From Nitrospirota bacterium (lineage in GTDB: Bacteria; Nitrospirota; UBA9217), in assembly GCA_029858565.1 (NCBI GenBank), contig JAOUEV010000002.1, positions 96,001 through 160,000 on the forward strand: a stretch of 64,000 nt of DNA, given 5' to 3'. Below are positions 56,435 to 64,000 of the stretch, piece by piece (within the stretch, counting starts at the first letter, position 1; each line of letters opens with the position of its first letter). A program made the translations under genes and the position numbers. Under the pieces are notes generated by a model. It made no database searches and was not told the origin of the DNA. It saw only the letters and a list, made by a program, of their open reading frames with translations.

Positions 56435-58410
56435 TGCAGGATACCGACCATTCATCCCCGGCGGAGGGGAGGGCGTATCTGGGCGACACGAGGAGGATGA
56501 GTCCGCTTATCCGGTACAGCGGGTTCATCGCTCCGCTACTGATACTGGCAGCGGTCTTCCTGGTATACTCAAATACGCTGCACGGACAGTTTCTCCTTGA
56601 TGAACGGGTCTATCTCCTGGAGAACCCCTTCGTGACTGAGGCGGATGCCACCTTGCGAAGCCTGCCGCCGGGAGGGGAACTGTACAAGTCGGTCGTTCAG
56701 CGATATATCGGCTATCTTACTTTCACGCTCAACCATCGCCTCCATGGGTTTCAGGTCGAAGGGTATCACATCGTCAACGTGACGATCCACTTTCTCAACA
56801 GTCTCCTTGTCTATTTTGTCGTACTTTTGACCTTTCGCGCCCCCCGGCTTGCAGATTCTGCCCTGCACGGTCACGCGGGCATAACGGCATTCATGACCGC
56901 GATGCTCTTTGCCGTGCATCCGGTGCATACCGAGGCAGTCACGTACGTCATGCAGCGGTTTGCCTCACTTGCAGCGTTCTTTTCGCTCGTGGCACTGCTC
57001 TGCTACATTCAGTGGCGGCTTGCGGGAGGAGACGGGGGCCGGGATCAACGGCGCATATGGTGGTACGCAGGCTCCCTACTGTCATGCGTTCTCGCCATGA
57101 AGACGAAGGAGAACACGCTGCTCTTGCCGATCGCTATCGTACTCTATGAGGCGATCATTTTCCGGGGCGATGCGAGACGACGGGTGATAGGCCTGCTGCC
57201 GATATTGACGACGATGCTGATCATCCCCCTGACGGCAGTCTTCCTCGCGCGGGACGGCGCAGGGATGCCTATCTCAGAGATGGCGGCCGGCGGATCCGCA
57301 ACGGTTCCCTGGCGGACCTATCTGATCACACAGGTCCGGGCTCTCATTACCTACTATCGGCTTCTCATCGCGCCGGTACGCCAGAATTTTCTCTATAACT
57401 ATCCGATCTACGATTCGTTCGGTCATCCTGAGGTCGTTCTCTCGGCGATCCTTCACGCCTGTGTGATTTCGGGAGGGGTCTTCATTCTTGCCAGGCCGCA
57501 CCGCTTCGATCCGGCACTGAGGACCATCTCCTTCGGGATCTTCTGGTTCTATTTGATGCTCTTTGTGGAATCAGGTATGATCCCGCTTCCGATCATGCTC
57601 TGCGAATATCGGCTCTACTTACCGTCGGTCGGTTTCTTCCTTGCTACAATGACCGCTGTCCAACTCGTATTCGTGAAGGTCCGCTCGCGGAGCGTGCTGC
57701 TGGCGGGGGCGGTCGTTATTCTCGTCCTGCTGCTGGCAGCGGCTGCTGTCGCGTATCGCCGGAATGCATTGCTGAGCGACCATGTCGCGCTCTGGGAGGA
57801 TACCGTCCGGAAGAGCCCGAATAGTGCGAAAGCGCACACGAATCTTGGAACAATGTATCTAGAACAGGACCGCCTCGACGAGGCATTGGATCAGTTCCAG
57901 ACTGTCTTGCGCATTGATCCCGGCGGGTATCGCAGCCGTCGGAACATTATCATCACCTATGTCCGTCAGGGCAGGTTCGAAGACGCGGCTGACGAGTTCA
58001 GAAAGACCCTCAGTGACGGTGTGGACGCAGTCCAGGCGCACAAGCGCCTGGGCGACCTCTACATGGAGAACGGCGCTATCAAACAGGCGAGCGAGGAATA
58101 TCAGATTGCGCTCCGCCAGGAGCCGAACAACATTGAGATCCGCTATGATCTCGGCAACGCCTTCGCCCAGCTTGGGAGCCGAGAGGGAGCGATAGCCGCA
58201 TACCAGGAAGTGATCAGGCAGGTGCCCGGCCATAGCGAGGCACGGAACAATCTTGCCGGTGTATATGCGCAGCTTGGGCGCTATGATGATGCCCTTCGTG
58301 AGCTTCAACACGTGCTGGACCGAAATCCCAAGGATGAGAACACACGGTACAACGTCAAGATAGTTCTGGAACAACTCGAGCAGGATCGCGGTCACGCAAC
58401 CGATCGATGA
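56431..58410 (+). CDS. TMTC-like (DUF1736) GT-C glycosyltransferase with TPRs
   Basis: FLLDE, VHPVHTEAVTYVMQR, EYRLYLPS, multiple TPRs. Confidence 0.87.
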   Translation: MMQDTDHSSPAEGRAYLGDTRRMSPLIRYSGFIAPLLILAAVFLVYSNTLHGQFLLDERVYLLENPFVTEADATLRSLPPGGELYKSVVQRYIGYLTFTLNHRLHGFQVEGYHIVNVTIHFLNSLLVYFVVLLTFRAPRLADSALHGHAGITAFMTAMLFAVHPVHTEAVTYVMQRFASLAAFFSLVALLCYIQWRLAGGDGGRDQRRIWWYAGSLLSCVLAMKTKENTLLLPIAIVLYEAIIFRGDARRRVIGLLPILTTMLIIPLTAVFLARDGAGMPISEMAAGGSATVPWRTYLITQVRALITYYRLLIAPVRQNFLYNYPIYDSFGHPEVVLSAILHACVISGGVFILARPHRFDPALRTISFGIFWFYLMLFVESGMIPLPIMLCEYRLYLPSVGFFLATMTAVQLVFVKVRSRSVLLAGAVVILVLLLAAAAVAYRRNALLSDHVALWEDTVRKSPNSAKAHTNLGTMYLEQDRLDEALDQFQTVLRIDPGGYRSRRNIIITYVRQGRFEDAADEFRKTLSDGVDAVQAHKRLGDLYMENGAIKQASEEYQIALRQEPNNIEIRYDLGNAFAQLGSREGAIAAYQEVIRQVPGHSEARNNLAGVYAQLGRYDDALRELQHVLDRNPKDENTRYNVKIVLEQLEQDRGHATDR

Positions 58411-58420
58411 TGACAACAGC

Positions 58421-59803
58421 ATGAACATCGCGCTAATCATCCCGCCTTCGCCGGGCAGGACAAACATCATCAGGATGATCGACTGCAGCCATGAGGCGAA
58501 GGCGAACTATCTCTGGCAGCCGAATGACTTCATGATCATCACCTCCCGGGCCGAGCCCGATGACGACGTGCAGTTCGTCGACGGCACGGCTGATGCGCTG
58601 GATAACGACCAGTTCCTGGAACTGATCGATGCTGTCCGGGGGGATCTTGTGATCATCGCGCTCTCCAGCGTGTGCTGGGAGTCCGACTACGCCTATTTTC
58701 TGAAGGTCAAAGAGCGGTTCGCGGCGATACCACTCTATGTGCTGGGCGACATCTTCCTTGAGGAGGCTTATCGTCGACACATCCTCGAACACTGTGACGG
58801 GATCATTGTCAATCCTTACGTGCTGGACCTGCGGTCCCTCGCGACGCAGCGAAAGGACAGGACCGGGAGACTTTCGGGAGTCTGTATCACGGCCGATGGC
58901 CCGTTGTTTCCCGAAGGCAAGCGGGCGGTTGCCGTTACTAGCAGCCCCCCGCGTCACGAGCTGTTCCAGAAGACCGGCTACCGATTTCCTTTCGCAATGC
59001 ATGTCCGCTTCACGACGGTTACCACCATGTGGGGCTGCCCCTTCACCTGCACATACTGCTCGGACTCGAAATTCCCCCCTATCCTACGGTCCTACGAGGA
59101 TGTTCTACGCGAGCTCGTCCATGTCGCGAATCTCGGCATCCGAGAGATTTTCTTCGCGGACAAGGTCTTCGGATTCAACCGGAAGAGCATTGATCCGTTG
59201 CTCGCGACAATGCGCGAGCGGTTTTCCTTCTCCTGGAGCTGTTATTTCCATCCGCAGCTCTGTGATCGGAACCTCCTCCAGGACATGAAGGCGGCCGGCT
59301 GCCACACGATTATCATCGGCGTAGATTCGGCCGATGTCCGCTCGCTGAAACGATATCGCCGCTACACAGAGAGGGAGCAGGTCGAACGCGTCATAGCGGA
59401 AGCAAACGATCTGCGGATCGATGTTTGTGCGGACTTCATCCTAGGGCTGGAGCATGAAGACGAAGCGGACATCCTTCGCACGATCGAATATGCCCTTGAA
59501 ATTCCAATCGATTTCGCATCGTTCAATATTGCCGCGCCACTGCCCGGGTCGGATATCAGGCGGTCGATGAATGAGGCGGGGGTCTTGAAGTTCGGCAGGG
59601 AAGGCTTCGATACCTGTGGACGGTCGGGGATCCTGGGCAACAGGAACATCACTGCGAGACGCCTGCGCGAACTGCGGAAAACTGCGTTCCGCCGTTTCTA
59701 CCTGCGGCCATCCTATCTTCTGCGACGACTTCGGCGGACGAGGTCGGTGGAACATCTGCTAATCCAGGTGCAGGAAATGATCTCGATGATCCGGAAGATC
59801 TGA
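58421..59803 (+). CDS. Radical SAM protein with a divergent B12-binding-type N-terminus
   Basis: WGCPFTCTYC, FFADKVF, FNIAAPLPGS, FYLRP. Confidence 0.82.
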   Translation: MNIALIIPPSPGRTNIIRMIDCSHEAKANYLWQPNDFMIITSRAEPDDDVQFVDGTADALDNDQFLELIDAVRGDLVIIALSSVCWESDYAYFLKVKERFAAIPLYVLGDIFLEEAYRRHILEHCDGIIVNPYVLDLRSLATQRKDRTGRLSGVCITADGPLFPEGKRAVAVTSSPPRHELFQKTGYRFPFAMHVRFTTVTTMWGCPFTCTYCSDSKFPPILRSYEDVLRELVHVANLGIREIFFADKVFGFNRKSIDPLLATMRERFSFSWSCYFHPQLCDRNLLQDMKAAGCHTIIIGVDSADVRSLKRYRRYTEREQVERVIAEANDLRIDVCADFILGLEHEDEADILRTIEYALEIPIDFASFNIAAPLPGSDIRRSMNEAGVLKFGREGFDTCGRSGILGNRNITARRLRELRKTAFRRFYLRPSYLLRRLRRTRSVEHLLIQVQEMISMIRKI

Positions 59804-59854
59804 CGACGGACAGCCGACTAGGATCCCCTACCGCTAGCCGACAGGAAGACAACG

Positions 59855-61333
59855 ATGAAGGATGAACGGACCGTACTGCTGATTAATCCCTGCTACGACA
59901 AAAGCGATATGCTGGGCCCCTTTGCACGCTATATTTCTTCCCAGCTCCCGCTGTCGCTCGGACTGCTTGCCGGCTATTTGCTGGAAAGAGGGATTCCCGT
60001 TGAGATTGTTGACGAACAGTTGCGGCAGGCCGACGGCCAGCACTTGCGCGCTCTCCTTGATACGGGGGCAGTCCGCGTCGTCGGGATCTCGGTTCTCACC
60101 CTGACCTCAGCACGGGCATATGAGCTAGGAGCCCTGATCAAGCGTTTGTGGCCGCAGATAACCGTTGTCATGGGCGGTGTTCATGTCACGCTTCTGCCCG
60201 AAGAGCCCCTCGCCAGGGGGGCTGCAGACATTGTGGTGAGAAATGAGGGCGAGGTCACCTTTTATGAGATCGTCAGCCGAATCCACGCTGGTAGCCCGTA
60301 CGGCGATGTTGTGGGGGTCTCCTACGTGCGGGAAGGAAAGGTCGTTCATAATCCGGAGCGGACGCCCGTGGACGAGCTCGACAAGCTTCCTGTCTTCCCC
60401 TATCACCTTTTTGAGGAGAATAGTGCACGATACCAATTTGGCAATATGCTGACATCACGCGGATGTCCCTACGAATGCATCTTTTGCTCCCAGCGGGCGA
60501 TAAGCGGTCGCCGATACCGCGTTCAATCTCCTGAGCGGACCTTTCGGGAGCTTGAGCGGCTTGTGTTCCACTATGGTCAGAGGTTCATTTTCATCAATGA
60601 TGATAATTTCCTGGTACAACCGCAAAAGGTGCGTAGATTGTGCGAACTGATCATTCGACGGGGATTTCCTGACGATGTCAGGATCGGATTCAACGGGCGG
60701 GGCGATTCGCTGGACCCAGACCTGCTCCGGGACATGCGAGCAGCCCGTTTTTCTTTCATACTTATCGGTTTTGAGACCGGTTCCGAACGGCTGATGAGCA
60801 TGGTAAAGAAGGGTGAGACGGTCAGCCAGATCGCTGAGGGGGTCAGGGTGGCAAAAGAGGCCGGCTTCACCGTAGGCGGACAGTTTATCCTTGGTTTTCC
60901 GACAGAGACGCGGCGCGAGTCTTTCCGGACCATTTGGCATGCACTTCGGCTCCCTATTGATTTCGTCCGGTTCAATCTCCTGGTGCCGTATCCAGGGACC
61001 GAGGTGCACGCTATGGTGCGTCGAGAAAAGGATCGCCTGGCACACGACTGGACCGGCTATGCGACCCATGGGGGGCTCACGGGAAAGGGCGCGCCCTATG
61101 TTCCGGAGGGACGGTCTGCGCGGGAGCTGGTGTCCCTTCAGTGGATCGGCCATCTGCTCTTCTACCTCCGTCCCCGCCAGCTCCTGAACATGGGGAACAT
61201 GCGGTATGCCACGGGCGGGCAGGTAATGGTGCCCGAGACCACCTCGCTGCGGGGTTGTCTTGAGTTTCTGGGATTTGCCTTCCAGTTGCTCATGTACCTG
61301 GTCGTAGGTGCGGTACGGAGCAAAAAGCGCTGA
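59855..61333 (+). CDS. B12-binding-domain radical SAM protein
   Basis: VVGIS, MGGVH, RNEGE, SRGCPYECIFC, GFETGS, PYPGT. Confidence 0.9.
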   Translation: MKDERTVLLINPCYDKSDMLGPFARYISSQLPLSLGLLAGYLLERGIPVEIVDEQLRQADGQHLRALLDTGAVRVVGISVLTLTSARAYELGALIKRLWPQITVVMGGVHVTLLPEEPLARGAADIVVRNEGEVTFYEIVSRIHAGSPYGDVVGVSYVREGKVVHNPERTPVDELDKLPVFPYHLFEENSARYQFGNMLTSRGCPYECIFCSQRAISGRRYRVQSPERTFRELERLVFHYGQRFIFINDDNFLVQPQKVRRLCELIIRRGFPDDVRIGFNGRGDSLDPDLLRDMRAARFSFILIGFETGSERLMSMVKKGETVSQIAEGVRVAKEAGFTVGGQFILGFPTETRRESFRTIWHALRLPIDFVRFNLLVPYPGTEVHAMVRREKDRLAHDWTGYATHGGLTGKGAPYVPEGRSARELVSLQWIGHLLFYLRPRQLLNMGNMRYATGGQVMVPETTSLRGCLEFLGFAFQLLMYLVVGAVRSKKR

Positions 61334-61534
61334 GAAGATCCGGGCGGGGAAGAAACAGGAGGCATCCCTTGTGTCCGGCCGTGCCTCTCCTCGTAGCCGG
61401 CGACACACTCGGGGCCGGTCACGGGCGAGCTGCAAAGGCTTGAGCGGTGCGAGTACTGGTTGAGGCATTGAATGCAGCAAAATGCTAGTTGTGACATCGG
61501 CTGCTGATTCCTCCTCAAAGATCCCTGGAGAAAG

Positions 61535-62496
61535 ATGAACATGGATGTGACAACCTGGATCCGTCGCAATCCAAAGAAGTCCCTGGTGATCTCGCTGGCG
61601 CTGTTTTTCATCGGTCTTGATTTTACCCTGGAAAAGATCTATTTTCCCGTGGACCTGAACACTCGATCCGCCCGGATCCACCATGTTTTTTACCATCACG
61701 GACTGAAGGAGAACTGCCACTCCGAAGGATGGTGGGGACACGTCTATTACATCATCGAGACGAACTCCCTCGGCTTCAAGGACCGCAGGGTCCGTGATGT
61801 TCCGCTGCGAACAGCGGGACGGCGGATCGTGTTCATGGGGGACTCCTTTACGGAAGGCCTTGGCATACCTGAGGACAAGACCTTTGTCGGGCTTGTGGAG
61901 GACCTGTTCGGAGGCAGGGGATATGACATCCTGAACGCCGGTGTGGTTTCCTCCTCTCCGATCGTGTATTACAACAAGACGAAGTACTATGTGGAAAAGA
62001 AAGGATTGCAGATCAACGACCTGTTCGTTTTCCTCGACATTTCCGATGTGCATGACGAATATATTTACCAGGAGAAGGAACACTTCGTTTCTCGTGAGGA
62101 AGAGGGGTTGTCCGAAAGGGTTATCGATGCCGTGGACCAATTCCTGGTCGACAATTCCTTACTCTCACCATCGCGGTTTATCCCTGGACCAATCTGGTGG
62201 ATCGGCGGGACCAGGAATCCATCCAGGTGACATTCTGGAGGGATTTCGCGAAGCGTAATAACATCGGATTTCTCAATTATTTCCCCTTGTTCATAAATAA
62301 CACTCCCGCGCAGGTCATTAACGACCGGTATTGCATTAAGAACGACATTCACTGGAACGAGGCAGGCCATGCCTTGATCGCGGGCCAGCTTATCGACTTG
62401 ATCCGGAACCGGGAGGGCGGGAACCGAAAATTACGTGCTGAGTATTTCCCACCCCGGGGATGGGGCTGGCAAAGAAAAGTTTCCTCCGGTAGATGA
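61535..62496 (+). pseudogene. SGNH-fold protein split by a frameshifting deletion near 62160
   Basis: One frame carries NSLGFKD, MGDSFTEG and NAGVVS. The C-terminal LTIAVYPW...FWRDF...NDIHWNEAGH (catalytic DxH) lies in a different frame. Confidence 0.7.
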
Positions 62497-62652
62497 TCTC
62501 CGATTTCACAATCCCTTCCGGTAGTGCGGCATTGGTGAGGCGCAAAAGATCCGCCTGCAAACCCAGCGAAATCCCAAACAGGAGAAAACCATATTGACAT
62601 ACCTGTCATGTTATGGGAATATGCATAACAAATTGAATTTATAGGAATTTCA

Positions 62653-63723
62653 ATGTCTGATGAGTTTCGCATCGACAGCCATAAGCTTATCTTCCATCCG
62701 CGGCGGGTGGCGGAATGGTTGGCTGGCGATCAGATATATCCTCTGTACGCCGAGATATCCCCTTCCGGTGCCTGCAATCATCGTTGTACCTTCTGCGCTC
62801 TCGATTACATGGAATATAAGCCACGGTTCCTTGATACGGCCGTTCTGAAGGACCGCCTCACGGAAATGGGCCGTCTGGGGCTTAAAAGCGTCATGTATGG
62901 AGGAGAAGGAGAGCCCTTTCTGCACAAGGACATTGGTGAGATCATCGTTCATACGAAACGATCGGGTATCGATGTCGGGATAACCACGAACGGCGTGCTG
63001 CTGACCGAGAAGCTCTCGACCCGTATCCTTGGCAGCACGGCCTGGATCAAGGTCAGCCTGAACGCAGGATGCGCGGAAACCTACGCCAAGGTCCACCGGA
63101 CCAAGCCTGATGATTTCGACCGGGTCTTCGAGAACCTCAAGATGGCCCTCAAGATCAAGCAGGAGTCCGGCGCCGGCTGCACCATCGGCGTGCAGACCCT
63201 GTTGCTTCCGGAGAATGCCCAGGAGGTCGAACAGCTTGCTGAGAAGGCAAAGGAGACCGGTCTCCGATACGTGGTCGTCAAACCCTATTCCCAGCATCAT
63301 AAGAGCCGCACCCAGACCTATCGTGATGTGGACTATGCACAATTCCATCACCTCAGGGATAAGCTTGCCCGGTTCCAGAGCAAGGACTTCAGCGTTATCT
63401 TCCGCGAACAGACCATGAAAAAGATGAAGCGCACGATGCGGGGGTATGAACGCTGTCTGGCGCTGCCTTTTTGGTCCTATATCGATTCGGGCGGCAATGT
63501 ATGGGGTTGCAGCGCCTATCTTGGCGATGACCGGTTCCGGTACGGGAACATTCACGAACAGACCTTTGAACAGATCTGGACCGGGCCGCTTCGCAAGGCG
63601 AACCTGAGCATGGTGGCCGAACAGCTCGATCCCGAAGCGTGTCGCATGAACTGCCGGATGGATGAGATCAATCTCTACCTCTGGGAACTTACCCATCCGA
63701 AGGACCATGTGAATTTCATATAA
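62653..63723 (+). CDS. Radical SAM protein with a SPASM/twitch domain
   Basis: ACNHRCTFC, GGEGEP, TTNG, C...GNVWGC...GNI...CRMNC. Confidence 0.9.
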   Translation: MSDEFRIDSHKLIFHPRRVAEWLAGDQIYPLYAEISPSGACNHRCTFCALDYMEYKPRFLDTAVLKDRLTEMGRLGLKSVMYGGEGEPFLHKDIGEIIVHTKRSGIDVGITTNGVLLTEKLSTRILGSTAWIKVSLNAGCAETYAKVHRTKPDDFDRVFENLKMALKIKQESGAGCTIGVQTLLLPENAQEVEQLAEKAKETGLRYVVVKPYSQHHKSRTQTYRDVDYAQFHHLRDKLARFQSKDFSVIFREQTMKKMKRTMRGYERCLALPFWSYIDSGGNVWGCSAYLGDDRFRYGNIHEQTFEQIWTGPLRKANLSMVAEQLDPEACRMNCRMDEINLYLWELTHPKDHVNFI

Positions 63724-63765
63724 ACAGTAGCCAGTAGCATGTAGCCAGTAGCCGGGAACATATCC

Positions 63766-64000
63766 ATGCGAAAAGAAATATCAAAGGATATATTGCAAAA
63801 GCTCTTCACCACCATGCTTACCATCCGCACGGTGGAGGAGCGGGTGGCCGAGCTCTATTCCGAACAGGAAATGAAATGTCCGGTCCACCTCTGCACAGGG
63901 CAGGAAGCGATCGCCGCGGGTGTCTGTTCCCATCTTGCGAAGGATGATACGATCTTCAGCACCCACCGGTCCCATGGACACTGCATCGCTAAAGGGATGG
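63766..64000 (+). CDS. TPP-dependent dehydrogenase E1 alpha subunit (5' part, truncated by the window end)
   Basis: Manual translation MRKEISKDILQKLFTTMLTIRTVEERVAELY...CPVHLCTGQEA...STHRSHGHCIAKG. Confidence 0.85.
   Translation, partial: MRKEISKDILQKLFTTMLTIRTVEERVAELYSEQEMKCPVHLCTGQEAIAAGVCSHLAKDDTIFSTHRSHGHCIAKGM

Noticed and set aside
60455-62140. 561-aa minus-strand ORF (also 33832-35091, 36960-38078, 45827-47065, 62650-63708)
   Set aside because: Each lies opposite a well-supported gene and has no recognisable domain.
63727-63753. Short GTAGCCA-like repeats after the RS-SPASM stop codon
   Set aside because: Only a few imperfect copies, with no evidence of function.
1-64000. tRNA, rRNA, integrase or transposase genes
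   Set aside because: None were recognised by eye; a covariance-model scan would be needed to exclude small RNAs or riboswitches.

Overview
GC-rich bacterial DNA, probably from an anaerobic Nitrospirota or Desulfobacterota-type organism (inferred from gene content; taxonomy cannot be fixed from this window). Bases 1-14.6 kb are mostly housekeeping and signalling genes: the 5' end of a sigma54-driven cheY/STAS/cheA operon, an NtrC-type activator, a polyferredoxin, two rhodaneses, ald, DUF4337, a LysM protein, an NtrY-like kinase and an Ogg glycosylase. This part also holds a heavily deleted GGDEF pseudogene and a 17-bp tandem repeat. From about 14.7 kb to the end the window is one large accessory locus. 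It starts with an iron-uptake-type ABC/FTR1-DUF2318 operon coupled to a ResB-like gene. Next comes a sigma54-promoted operon encoding an OmcE-like tetraheme (nanowire-type) cytochrome, an NHL/BACON/FG-GAP surface protein and two very large secreted CxxCH/CxxxxCH cytochromes (about 31 and 15 heme motifs by hand count). The remaining ~33 kb holds tailoring genes: System II heme attachment (three ResB-like, one CcsA), six GT-C membrane glycosyltransferases (2 PMT, 1 ArnT/PMT-TPR, 3 TMTC-like), four B12-binding-type radical SAM enzymes, three SGNH proteins, GT9, an FAD enzyme, an RS-SPASM protein and a TPP E1-alpha. It also holds three degenerate UPF0489/arginase-fold paralogues, each overlapping a PMT or resB gene. 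The best candidate for a novel system is a cytochrome-nanowire locus with its own maturation and protein-glycosylation/glycan-tailoring machinery. All family calls come from motif recognition by eye, not from database searches.
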